Source of the DNA: Mobula hypostoma | Taxonomy: Eukaryota | Assembly (NCBI RefSeq): GCF_963921235.1 | Contig: NC_086097.1 | Location: forward strand, 26,538,001-26,602,000 | DNA length: 64,000 nt | Reading direction: 5' to 3' | In this document: positions 12,422-24,290 of the stretch, one piece after another | Layout of the letters: each line of letters starts with the position of its first letter | Position numbering within the stretch: position 1 is the stretch's first letter | Translations under genes and position numbers: made by a program | The notes under the pieces: model-generated | Databases searched by the model: none | Told to the model about the DNA's origin: nothing | The model's input: the letters and a program-made list of their open reading frames with translations, nothing else

Positions 12422-13862
12422 CAGTTGAAGTCAGAAGTTTACATACACTTAGGTTGAAGTCATTAAAACTCATTGTTTAACCACTCCACAGATTTCATAT
12501 TAGCAAACTATAGTTTTGGCAAGACGTTGAGGACACCTACTTTATGCATGACACGAGTAATTTTTCCACCAATTGTTTACAGATTATTTCACTTTTAATT
12601 GACTATATCACAATTCCAGTGGGTCAGAAGTTTATAAACAAAATCAAAAGAAATCAGCCAAACCGCAGAAAAAAAATTGTGTACCTCCACAAGTCTGGTT
12701 CATCCTTGGGAGCAATTTCCAAACGCCTGAAGGTACCATGTTCATCTGTACGAACAATAGTACCTAAGTATAAATGCCATGGGACCACGCAGCCGTCATA
12801 CCATTCAGGAAGGAGATGCATTCTGTCTCCTAGAGATGGGCGTACTTTGGCGCGAAAAGTACAAATCAATCCCAGAACAACAGCAAAGGACCTTGAGAAG
12901 ATGCTGGAGGAAAACAGGAAGACAAGTATCTATATCCACAGTAAAACGAGTTCTATATTGACATAACCTGAAAGGCTGCTCAGCCTGGAAGAAGTCACTG
13001 CTCCAAAACCGCCATAAAAAAGCCAGACTACAGTTTGCAAGTGCACATGGGGACAAAGATCTTACTTTTTGGAGAAATGTCCTCTGGTCTGATGAAACAA
13101 AAATTGAACTGTTTGGCCATAATGACCATCGTTATGTTTGGAGGAAAAAGGGTGAGGCTTGCAAGCTGAAGAACCCCATCCCAACCGTGAAGCATGGGGG
13201 TGGCAGCATCATGCTGTGGGGTGCTTTGCTGCGGGAGGGACTGGTGCACTTCACAAAATAGATGGCATCATGAGGAAGGAAAATTATGTGGATATATTGA
13301 AGCAACATCTCAAGACATCAGCCAGGAAGTTAAAGCTCGGTCGCAAATAGGTCTTCCAAATGGACAATGACCCCAAGCATACCTCCAAAGTTGTGGCAAA
13401 ATTGCTTAAGGACAACAAGGTCAAGGCCATCACAATGCCCTGACCTCAATCCGATAGAAAACCTGTGGGCAGAACTGAAAAAGCGTGTGCAAGCAAGGAG
13501 GCCTACAAACCTGACTCAGTTACACCAGTTCTGTCTGGAGGAATGGAACAAAATTCCAGCAACTTACTGTGAGAAGCTTGTGGAAGGCTACCCAAAACAT
13601 TTGACTCAAGTTAAACAATTTAAAGGCAATGCTACCAAATACTATCAAAGTGTATGTAAACTTCTGACCCACTGGGAATGTCATGAAAGAAATAAAAGCT
13701 AAAATAAATCTCTACTATTATTCTGACATTTCACATTCTGAAAATAGTGATCCTAACTGACCTAAGACAGGGAATGTTTTCTAGGATTAAATGTCAGGAA
13801 TTGTGAAAAACTGAGTTTAAATGTATTTGGCTAAGGTGTATGTAAAGTTCTGACTTCAACTG
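12422..13862 (+). mobile_element. Tc1/mariner transposon, Sleeping Beauty (salmonid Tc1)-like, inactive
   Basis: Ends CAGTTGAAGTCAGAAGTTTACATACAC...GTGTATGTAAAGTTCTGACTTCAACTG with inner DRs; TA at right, TG at left; frameshifted transposase. Confidence 0.95.
12640..13645 (+). pseudogene. SB-like Tc1 transposase pseudogene (start codon deleted, frameshifts and stops)
   Basis: KKIVYLHKSGSSLGAISKRLKVP..GRR..LSPRD.RTL.RKVQINPRTTAKDL; NVLWSDETKIELFGHNDHRYVWRKKGEA; PDLNPIENLWAELKKRV..KQFKGNATKY. Confidence 0.92.
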
Positions 13863-13919
13863 TACCTATTGAGTCCCTATCTACACATCTATATAACTGG
13901 AAAATAAAGGTTTTTAGAC

Positions 13920-14352
13920 CACAAGATAATAATACATAGGAGCAGAAGTAGGCCATTCAGCCATCAAGCTAGCTCCGCTATTTGATCATGGCAGATTTAT
14001 TTTCCCCCTCAACCCCATTCTCCTGCCTTCTCCCTGTAACCTTCGATGTTATTACTAATCAAGAATCTATCAAACTCTCCTTTAAAAATACACAATGACT
14101 TGGCCTCCGTAACTGTCTGTGACAATGAATTCTACTGGTTCACCACTCACCAGCTAAATAAATTCCTCCTCATCTTTTTATAAAGGGATGTCCTTGCATT
14201 CTGAGGGAGAGCCCTCTGGTCCTAGTTTCCCCCACTATTAGAAACATCCCCTTTCTAATCATCCAACAAGTACAGGCCCAGAGCCATCTTACGCTCTTCA
14301 TATATTAACCCTTTCATTCCCAGTATCATTCGCGTAAAACTTCTCTGGACTC
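13920..14352 (-). mobile_element. CR1 3' fragment, degraded
   Basis: CR1 3' UTR (GGAGCAGAAGTAGGCCATTCAGCC on the plus strand) and ORF2 C-terminal remnant. Confidence 0.8.
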
Positions 14353-14415
14353 ACTGGTTATTAAACTAATATTGTGCACTTTACAACAAGTTTTTAATCA
14401 TCGTCAACAATTTAA

Positions 14416-14496
14416 TTTCTTGAAAGCAATCCACTGGAATTAACAATGACCTTTAGTTCAGGTCATTGTTAATTCCAGTGGAGTGCTTTCAAGAAA
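14416..14496. repeat. Near-perfect inverted repeat (37-bp arms, 7-nt loop, 1 mismatch)
   Basis: TTTCTTGAAAGCAATCCACTGGAATTAACAATGACCT-ttagttc-AGGTCATTGTTAATTCCAGTGGAGTGCTTTCAAGAAA. Confidence 0.95.
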
Positions 14497-15142
14497 GACT
14501 TTACAATGCCTAAAATTTCCAAAAGACAAGTGGTAGGCTGTTTGGCCCATCAAGCCTGTGCCCGTCAGATAACAAATAAAACAATTGGAATACGTTTCAT
14601 GATTAGATGTTACAATCAGATTTTTACTTTCAGTACCTTATCACCTGTATGATTGGAAGGTTTATATATTGATTTCAAACAGTGCCTTTCCACTTAGGGC
14701 TAAATATGAATTGTACAAACAGTCTTCTGTTGCCCCCAAGGTGCTTCTCTGCAAGGTCAGTTGATGATACAACAAACTGAGAATGAAGTGGCAGCAGTGA
14801 TCAAGCATACAATTAATATGGCACACCATCTACAGTGTTCAGTTTCCATTATTTATCATGATGCAGAGATCTAACTCTCATGTTGAAAGCACAATTGCAG
14901 CATTTTTAACTCTGTAAATCATAAAAATGAATTATAAACTGTTAAAGACTTAGCAATGATACTTCATAAAAGCAGGCGCGAACACTAATATCCTGTCCAT
15001 ATTAATGTATACTCTACCTTTATATTTCAGATTTTACTGCTAATGATGGCAATTATGGGAAGAAGACATTTGCCTTTATCTTGTATGGGTAAAACATGAT
15101 AAGGACAATATCTGTCAGATTCCAGTGACACGACTTTTATTT

Positions 15143-15440
15143 AGAGTCAAAGAGTCACAGCACAGATACAGGCCCTTCAGCCCATCTAGTTCATGTCAAA
15201 CTATTATTCCGGCTAGGACCTTCACCTGGACCACAGGCCTCCATACCGTCCCTTATATGCAGAATCCAATTTTCTCTTAAATGCTGAAATTGAACCCACA
15301 TTCACCACTTCCGCTGGCAGCTCATCCCATACTCTCACCATCCTCTTTGTGAAGAAGTTCCCCTTCAGTTTCCCATTGAATACTTCACCTTTCACCCTTA
15401 AGCCATAACCCATGGCCTCTAATTTTAGTCTCACCCAACA
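15143..15440 (-). mobile_element. CR1 3' end
   Basis: GYGLRVKGEVF..NFFTKRMVRVWDELPAEVV. Confidence 0.85.
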
Positions 15441-16339
15441 TCAGACTTAGGCTTGCAGACTTTTGGCTTGCCCAGCTTTCTAAGACAGCTTTGAACACAT
15501 CTTTCAATAGTTTGCTCTGTCCACCTGGTAAACTCCTCCCACGACAGAGCCTGACACTGAGTGTGTTTTAAGGTGGCCTGTCAAACGTGACCTACTGAGT
15601 ACAAAGTATACCGCCATGTACTACCCTGAGATTTATTTTCTCACATGCATTCACAGTAGAACAAAGAAATGCAATAGAATCAATGAAGAACTACATAAAA
15701 TAAAAACTGACAAACAACCAATGTGCTAAAGAAAACAATCTGACTAGCAACTTTGCCAATGACATACAATCAGAAAACAGGTAAAAATGCAGGAAGACCA
15801 GAGCACTTGGCAGTCAGGACAGGACACCATCCTTTTATATGTAGTATCTATATTTAAAGACAGTCAAAAGCATTGAAAGACAATGATGTAGTCTCCTCCT
15901 CCAACTATAGTAAAACAATGGAGCTTACATTATCTAAACCTGTTTCAAATAAGGCATAAACCAAACAATCCCTGCAGGCCTACAATCCCTGCATGTCCAC
16001 AAAAGCAGAAGTTTCCGGGATGTATCAAATTCGAGTAATCTATTCATTTCTACAAAAATTTCCATGAAAACACGTGAATACGTTTCCAGCATGTGATTTT
16101 ACAGCTTCGGAAATTAAATTGGCAACTGCCCAATTTTTTGAATGTCTGGGGAAGTCTTAATATCAAACATAAAGAAGCCTTAAATAAAATTTATTTCCTA
16201 CCTACCCCCTCCCTCGCTTATTTCCAGTCAGATGCACAAAGTCATCAGCAAGAAAGCAAACATCAATATTTGAACAAACTCAGCTGTGAGTTTGAAAGAA
16301 GCTGGCAATTTCATGCAGACACAATACATCAGAAGTTTC

Positions 16340-16475
16340 CAAACACAAGAGAAAATCTGCAGATGCTGGAAATCCAAGCAACACACACAAAATGCTGGAG
16401 GAACTCAGCAGGCCAGGCAGTGTCCATGGAAGAGAATAAACAGTCGACAATTTGGGCCAAAACCCTTCATCAAAA
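16340..16475 (-). mobile_element. Penelope-like tail with degenerate hammerhead
   Basis: AAACACAAGAGAAAATCTGCAGATGCTGGAAATCC...CAGTCGAC..CCCTTCATCA. Confidence 0.8.
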
Positions 16476-16533
16476 GAACTTAATGCCTTGCATTATTGAC
16501 ATGATAAACCACCAACTTGGTGTGGCACTGAAT

Positions 16534-17164
16534 GGGAAGGAGGGAGGAGAAGATGGCGGCGCAACGCAGCACGCGCGGCCTCTCCGATGAAATGATATCG
16601 TATTTACTAAATAGGGGCCGTGCACAATCCTGATTTGAGGGAGATGGATGTGAGAAGCACAGAGGAACATCTGGAGAAACTTCTGAAATGCCCAGTTCAC
16701 TGTCGCTGCTACTGTGCAATCCAGAATCTCAGGAGGGAAGGCCCCAAAATCCTTTGCCTGCTGCTGGCGACCAAGGCTGAGGTCGAAGCGTTCAGATAGA
16801 GATGGTGCTTGGTACTCGGTGTCAGAGGGCTGATTGGAGGCTCGAAGTTTTCAGATGACTCAGAGTCAGACTGTGGTTGGGTATGGCAGGGAGAGTTTTC
16901 TTCCTTTTCCCGTCTGCGTGAGATGTAAGACTTTCGAGAGACTTTGAACTTTTTTACTGTGCCATGGCCTTTTCTTCATCAAGTTATGGTATTGTTGCAC
17001 TGTTGTAACTATATGTTATAATTATGTGGTTTTTGTTAGTTTTTCAGTCTTGGTCTGTCCTGTGTTTTGTGATATCACACTGAAGGAATATTGTATCATT
17101 TCTTAATGCATGCATTGCTAAATGACAATAAAAGAGGACTGCGTGTCCTCATAATCTAATCTAA
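16534..17164 (+). mobile_element. Non-autonomous retroposon (LINE-UTR-derived) with CpG-rich 5' end and (TAATC)n tail
   Basis: 5' GGAGGAGAAGATGGCGGCGCAACGCAGC; 3' GACAATAAAAGAGGACTGCGTGTCCTCATAATCTAATCTAA; no recognisable ORF. Confidence 0.6.
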
Positions 17165-17604
17165 CTGAACCGAAATGTCCACTGTTTACTCTTTTCCATA
17201 GATGCTGCCTGGCCTGTTGAGCTCCTTTAAATTTAAACCAGTTATGCTGATGCCATTAATTCTGTTCATCCATTTACAACAAAATCCTCTTAAATTTTAA
17301 GACTTATGACATTTAACACTAGAGCACAGTACAGGCCCTTTGGCCCACAATGTTGTACTGACCCTTTAACTTACTCTGAGATCAATGTAATCCTGCCCTC
17401 CTACATACCTTTCCATTTTTCTATCATCTATGTGCCTATCCACGAACACCTTTGGCCCCCTTTACTGAAAGCCTTTTGTTCATGGATAGCCTAACATAAT
17501 TGACTAATGCCCATTTTTGGCTATCATGTTAAACTATCCATGAAAAAAAAGGATTCTCAGCAGTAAGGGCCAATTGTTCTTGTGATAATTATTTTAAGTT
17601 ATGG

Positions 17605-17910
17605 GCTGATTTTATTTGTCATATGCACCTTGAAACACAGAGTGAAATGCATCATTTGCATCAAGTCAAGTCAGCGAAGATGTCCTGGGGTCAGCCCGCA
17701 AGTGTTGCCACAATTCCAGTCCCAATGTAGCATGCCACGACTTATTAACCCTAACTCATACATCATGGCAAACATGGGAGGAAACCAGAGCATCCAGAGG
17801 TAACCCACACGGTCACAGGAAAAACATACAAACTCCTTACAGACAGCAGCAGGAATCAAACCCCAACTGCTGATCAGTGGCACTGTAAAGCAAGTGCACT
17901 AACCACATCT
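17605..17910 (-). mobile_element. V-domain tRNA SINE
   Basis: GGGAGGAAACCAGAGCATCCAGAGG..CCCACACGGTCACAGG..CAAACTCCTTACAGACAGC. Confidence 0.8.
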
Positions 17911-18319
17911 TGCCCACACCTTGTCTGAGGAGAAACCAAGGTTGGGTTTGGAAATAGTTAACAGATTTCCATTAGTTTTCCTTGGATGCTGGCACTTGTG
18001 TGTCTGAGGAAATTAAAGAAAGACTCATGACAATGTATTCACAGATTATACTCTATCTTCCAACAGAAAAGGCTTCCAGTAAAGCTTCAAAGAGTATTAA
18101 ATACCACGTTGGTACACTCAAAGCTGTTCGTCTATCAGGGAAACAAAGCATGGCCATGTGCCATGTTCCAGGCACAGTTCTGTTATGTGCCAGGGCCCAT
18201 AACAGATATTTCAAGGTGCATTTCAAAGGATCAGAAACTATAGAGACCCAAGAGACAGCCATGCTAGAATCTGGAGCCAAAAAAAAAAACAAATTGCTGG
18301 AGAAACTCAGCAGATGGAG

Positions 18320-18834
18320 GGACTTGGCCAGTCAAGATCTTTTGCCTGGATTCAGAGAGTAGAGTGGAGATTGAAACATTGAGGCGAATGCGGTGGGTGA
18401 CTGCCCGGCTGTCTGTCTTTTGATCGCTGGAGATTGCTCTGCTAGAAAGAGGGGAGACTGCCTTTTTATCGCTGCTGAATTTACTCTGCTACGGAGAACG
18501 GCAAGGCCTGCCGTTGCTTCCAAAGAACGTTACCCAGGTTTGCTGCGTTTTATACATAGGTTTGGACTATAGACTGTTATTTCAGTCTTATAGTTGTTTA
18601 TATTCCTTCTTTTTCACCCTAACTTTCTCTTTTTTGCGTGCAGGGGAGGAGGATCGGGGGCGGAGGGGGTCAATATGCCTGTACCATTTCTGTTTGGTTT
18701 TTTTGTGCGGGGAGGAGTGATTTGTGGGGTGGATGACTGTGCTGCTGTTCTTTGCTTTCTTGGTTTCATGGCTATCTGGAGAAGAAGAATTTCAGAGTTG
18801 TATACTTTGATAATAAATGAAGCTTTGAACCCTT
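18320..18834 (+). mobile_element. Non-autonomous retroposon-like insertion within a Penelope tail
   Basis: Internal short duplication (ACTGCC..TTT.ATCGCTG); 3' TGATAATAAATGAA..TTTGAAC tail. Confidence 0.45.
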
Positions 18835-18919
18835 AATAGGCAGACAGAGGTTGGAAGAATAGAAATAGTGATAAGGGCTGGAAGGTGATAGGTGGAGGCG
18901 ACAGAGTGCTAAAGATAGT

Positions 18920-19300
18920 TACAGACTTGGAAACATGTCCTTCAGCTCAACTCATCCATGCCAACCAAGTGGTCCACTACAGCTGGTCCTAATTTGCCTA
19001 CTTTTTGGCTTTTAACAATGTAAACTTTTCCTATCCATGTATTTCTTTAAAATCTCTTAAACACTAATTATTTCTGCCTCTACTACTTCTTCTGCCACTC
19101 ATTTTATGTGAAAACACTTCCCTGAAGTCCCCTTCAACCTTTCTTCTCTCACCTTTTAACTATGCCCTCTAGTTTTAGACTTCATTCTGGTGAAAATGCT
19201 GTGACAATTCACCCTATCTACACCCTTCAAATGATTCGTAAACCTATAAAACGCGGCCTCTCAGCTGCCTACTCTCCAATGGAAAAAATTCCAGTTTGTC
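18920..19300 (-). mobile_element. Old CR1 3' fragment
   Basis: Degraded CR1 3' end motifs (TATGCCCTCTAGTTTTAGAC, CACCCTATCTA). Confidence 0.6.
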
Positions 19301-19499
19301 TGACTGCTGCTAGAATCTGACAGGAAGGATGATGGAGCTTGGAACCAAATAAGGGGGATGTGACAGCCAGTAGGAACAGTTGGTGTGGGGGGGGGGGGGA
19401 GAAAGGAGAGATGTGAGGAACAAAGTGGGAGTGTGACAAGCTATACTTTCAAAAGTAAAACAAAACACAAATGGTTCATCATTCTCCTGCTGGAGAATT

Positions 19500-19760
19500 T
19501 GGGGCAGCACAGTAACATAGCAGTTAATGCAACACTATTACAGCACCAGCTACCCGGATTCCATTCCCACTGTCTGTGAAGGGGTTGTACCCCATGTTCT
19601 CCCCATGACCCACGTGGGTTCCCTTTGGGTGCTCTGGTTTCCTCCCACATTCCAAAGATGTACAGACTAGTATGTTAATTCATTGTATGGGTACAATTAG
19701 GTGACATGAGCTCATTGGATCAGAGGGGCCTGTAATCATGCTGTATCTCTAAATAATTTT
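19500..19760 (+). mobile_element. V-domain tRNA SINE
   Basis: tRNA-like head, then GTTCTCCCCATGACCCACGTGGGTTCCC..GGGTGCTCTGGTTTCCTCCCACATTCCAAAGA. Confidence 0.85.
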
Positions 19761-20414
19761 TTAAAAATAAATTATTGGACCTTGCTAAAGTAGCCCCTTC
19801 TCGTGCTCAAATCAAAATAGTGAAGATTGGTCAACAATTCTTCATTGATTAACCAAACAAGTTACAAGATATTTATATTGACATTCAGCTGCCCCTGATT
19901 TCCTGATTCCTGTGAAAATTCTTAAAAGCCATTCATTGCATGGAAATTATTCCTTTTATTTACATTCAATTTCTCTTCAGCACAAACCCAACAAAACAGA
20001 AGTTGCTGCCACCATTATTGTTAGTGATGTTCAGAGGCTTCTAGAAGAACTGCTGAGACTGTATTTCATCAGCAGGAATACAAGTAGATTTTAAACCTTC
20101 CAGCTTAATTATGTCAAATTCAGTTCTTCTGCTATAATTGGCACCCAAGTTAAAATAACGCAGCCCAGCCCTGACCTCAAGCCTGCACTGCCTAGCAACT
20201 TGCTAACTAACTTACTGGGCTTCGAGGGAGTTGGGCATTTACTAGTGCATACAGGTTCAATGTAGTAGATCCATCACAGAGCCTGTCTGTCACCTACATA
20301 CACTTCTATTGCACAAGTTCTCTACTGCCAATATTTTCAAAATACATCCTTGGAAGACAGTGAGAAACAGAAGGAATATATGCATAGGTGGTCTTCTCAA
20401 ATAATGAAATAAAA

Positions 20415-20995
20415 AGAGCTTTTGGCACATTGGCATATAAATCAAAGTATTGAGTGAAGAGTTGGGATGTCATGTTGGAGTTGTATAATATTGGTGAAGC
20501 CTAATCTAAAGCTTTCTGTGCAGATTTGGTCACCTACTTACAGGAGGGATATCAATAAGATTGAAAGAGCGCAGAGGATATTGGCAGGACTTGAAGGCCT
20601 GAACTATAGGGAAAGGTTGAATAGGTTAGGACTTTATTGTTGGAGCATAGGAGAATGAGAGGAGACTCGATGGAGGTATACAAAATTATGAGGGGTATAG
20701 ATGGGAAAAATGCAAATAAGCTTTCTCCCCACTGAGGTTGAGTGAGACTAGAAATAGGGGTCATGGGTTGTGGGTGAAAGGTGAAATATTTAAGGGGAAC
20801 ATGGCAGGGGGGACTTCTTCACTTAGAGGATGATGAAAGTGTGATGGATACAGGCTTGATTTCAATATTGGAGAAATTTGGATAGGTACATGGATGGCAT
20901 TGGGTCTGGAGAACAAGTCGTTGGGACTAGGCAGATTAAGGTTTTGGCACCCACGAGATGGAGCAGTTTCTGTGCTGCAGTATTCTAGAACTCTG
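20415..20995 (+). mobile_element. CR1 3' fragment, degraded
   Basis: LVKPNL..VQIWSPTYRRDINKIERAQR..YRERLNRLGLY. Confidence 0.88.
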
Positions 20996-21379
20996 TGATG
21001 ATTAAAAATGGGAAACAGCAGAAACTGTCATTGGAATGGCAGAATACACAATTATCTTAATATAAACACCCTGTATTCTATAGCCAAACCTCCCATTCTA
21101 CAGATAAACTAAAAAAAACTTAGTAGCTTTTTGTAATGATTTTTATGGATTAAGGATAGTGTAATGATTGAGATGGAATTCTGGAAGGACTAACCTAGAC
21201 TGCAGAGTTTTAGGTGCTGATGAATGAGCTTTAATATAAGTGGACTAGTTGGTGAAGTGTTAACAAATGCACTGCGCTACATAATATTGCTTATTTTGAG
21301 AGCTGGTTCTGCTGTATGTATACATCCAAGAAAAATGGAGAGTATTCAATACTGTAAAAAGATTTGCAGGAGGGTTAAC

Positions 21380-21742
21380 AAACGTAAAATGCTGGAGGAA
21401 TTCAGCAGGTCAGACAGCATCTAAGCAGGGATTAAATGGTCAATGTTTCTGACCAAGACGCTTCATCAGGACTGGCAAAGAAAAGAGAAGAAGCCCGAAT
21501 AAGGTGTGTTTGGGGGGAGAGGGGAGGGAAAGGAATACAAGCTGGAAGGTGATAGGTGAAGCCAAGTGACGGGGAAGTAGGTGGGGGGGGAGGGGTGAAG
21601 TGAGAAGCTGGGAGGTGATAGTTATAAGAGGTAAAGGGCTGAAGAAGGAATCCCACAGAAGAGGAGTGTGGACTACCGAAGAAAGAGGAGGAGGGGCACC
21701 AGAGGGAAGTAACTGGCAGGTGAGGAGAAGAGAAGAGATGGT
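21380..21742 (-). mobile_element. Penelope-like 3' UTR/tail with hammerhead remnant
   Basis: Minus strand AGTC-CTGATGA-AGCGTCTTGGTCA-GAAA-CATT; purine-rich UTR on plus strand. Confidence 0.8.
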
Positions 21743-22779
21743 TACCAACCAGTGCAGTTGGAATTATTAAAGTCCTATCCAAGCAAAGTAAATGGAACAC
21801 ACCATTGTTAAAACACACTTCTAGGTATTACTCAAAATATTGAGATAATTAATCAAAATGGGAGATGAACCAGAATGTATGTGTGGAACATACTCGGTAG
21901 AACAAAGGATCTGAAGAATATCCAAACAATGAATCGCTTAGCTTTATTTGGGGAATGGGAACATCACAATACCAGACTGTGTGGCTGTCACATCACATTG
22001 CAGTTGCTTTCTCAAGTGTATTTGAAGGATTATAATTGTTACTGCCGAATTACCATTGGGACTCCTGAACAGGTGTACTCATTATCTTAACCAGCAACCT
22101 GAATAAATACCTCCTTTACTGAGAGATACTATGAACAACAGTTACAATAAGCTTTACTGGATTATTAATTATTTGAGGTTTCACAACAGAGATTTCAAAA
22201 ATTGTAGCAATTCAAAGAGAACATAAAGAGATGCTCCACTACAAAAAAATTAGAATCTTTAATACATCCAAATACAGTGCATTTTACACTTCTCAAATCG
22301 AATGAAAAGGGAACAAAATATTACTGCTTTATTATACCACCTCTCTACAGGTATTTGCAAGCTGTGTTTGAATGTACACATGCTGTTCACTTGCATTTGA
22401 TGGTTTCCAGAGGCATTCTGCCTATTTGCAGTGAACACCTAATTTAAAGGTGGTGCCCAAATTACTACAGTGTTCTGTTACTGAGGACTGATCGTAAATT
22501 GGAAGCGAATAAAAACAGTGTTATAGGGGAGGATCACAGAAACATCTGTGATGGTACAGTAGTCTCATTGAATCAGTAAGCAAGTGAATCTGCTCAGCAC
22601 TCCCAGCTCTGCTTGGCTCAACCCAACCCCCAAATTTTTGGGGCTCTGTGGGTGGTCAGTGAGTTGAGGGGGGGGGGGAGGGTGTTGGCTGAGAGAATGA
22701 GGAAGCTCACAGAAATGCCCCGTTCACACCCTGCAGACTGATCACCACTGGCAAATTCAACCCACTCGTCTCCAAAACT

Positions 22780-23000
22780 TCAGAATCAGTTATATTATCA
22801 CTGACATATGTCGTGAAATTTGTTATTCTGCACCAGTAATACAGTGCAATACATTAAAAACTTACTACGTTACAAATAAGAAATATAAAACATAAATAAG
22901 TGATGCAAAGAAAAAGCAAACGTAAGCTAGTGTCCATGGCCTGTTCAGAAGTCTGATGGTGGAGAAGAAACCACTTCTAAAATTCTGAATGTGTGTACAC
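22780..23000 (-). mobile_element. Rex/Babar-type 3' tail
   Basis: TCAGAATCAG..ATTATCACTGACATATGTCGTGAAATTTGTT; FFSTIRLLN remnant. Confidence 0.7.
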
Positions 23001-23249
23001 TTCGTAAATTTGTAACCCAAGGTGGATTTGTACCAGAAGATCACAGATAAGAGGGCATCTTCACCCAATACCACAAAAATGCCTCAATACACATTGATCC
23101 TTATTTCAACCTCAGCTGCAATTCAAATAAATCTTATCACCACAAGCCTGACTGCATTGAAGGAAGTCTGAATAATTTTTCCAAAGCAAAATTGATCGTA
23201 GGTCATTTTACTTTTTTCCCATCACAATGTACAGCTCTACACAAATCAT

Positions 23250-23632
23250 TAATAGAACAAAGTTGTGTCCACAATGTTGTACCAAACTTTAACTTACTCA
23301 AAATCAATCTGACCCCCACCTCCCAAGCAGCCCTCCATTTTTCTTTTATCTATGTCCAATCTAAGAGTCTTTTTAATTTCCCTCTACCACCATTTCTGGC
23401 AGCACGTTCCATGCATCTACTTCTCCGTGTAAAAAAAAGACTACCTCTGATATCTCCCCTATGCTTTCCTCCAAACACCTTAAAGTTATGCATCTTCATA
23501 TTAGTCATTCCTGCCCTAAGAAAAAGTCTCTGGCGGTCCACTCTATCGAATCACTTTGTCCACGTTTATCACGTCACATCTCATCCTGCTTCGCTCCAAA
23601 GAGAAAAGCTATAGCTCGTTCAACCTATCCTT
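23250..23632 (-). mobile_element. CR1 3' fragment
   Basis: DRQRLFLRAG..HNFKVFGGKHRGDIRG..FFT. Confidence 0.8.
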
Positions 23633-24082
23633 TTGTGCTCTGATATAGCAGATTAAAACAATCGTTCATAACTGGCTTTTAACAAGCTCATAAGCACTTG
23701 GTTTAGGTTTAAGTTTAAGTATCAGTCAGCCAGGGAGCGCTAAAATCACGGCCAGATCAAATCATATGGTTGCAATAGCCAATCCACAGATTACTATGAC
23801 AACAAAATCAGCAGCAGAGATTTATGTCATAATTGTTCCAAAGTGGGCAAGAGAAAATAGATATCACGATGGGTTTCTTTACAAAGAATTACACTACGCT
23901 TGGCTCTGCTCCATTAATTCGGCAAAGTAGACATGAGTAATAAATGATCCGCATATATTTTATTCGATATCAGTACTTGTAGCTATATCTATATATAATT
24001 ACTTATAATCATTGAATGTGGTCTTTTTTTTTGTTACTTGTCGTACCGACATACCACAGCATATTCCAAAAACATGTATATT

Positions 24083-24290
24083 ACAGAGGAAAGTTCTTTA
24101 CACAGAGAGTGGTGGGTTTGTGGTACGTGCTGCCGGGGTGGTGGTTGAGGAAGATACACTAGGAGTATTTAAGGAACTCTTAGCTGATAGAAAAATGGAA
24201 GGTTATGCAGAAGGGAAGGATTAGACTGAGTTTAGAGTAGGTTACAAGGTCGGCACAACATCGTGGGTCAAAGGGTCTGTAGTGTTAAGA
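24083..24290 (+). mobile_element. CR1 3' end
   Basis: TTTACACAGAGAGTGGTGGG..CTGCCGGGGTGGTGG..GGTCGGCACAACATCGTGGG. Confidence 0.75.

Noticed and set aside
19500..19575. tRNA gene
   Set aside because: Degenerate tRNA-derived SINE head followed by a V-domain; no intact cloverleaf.
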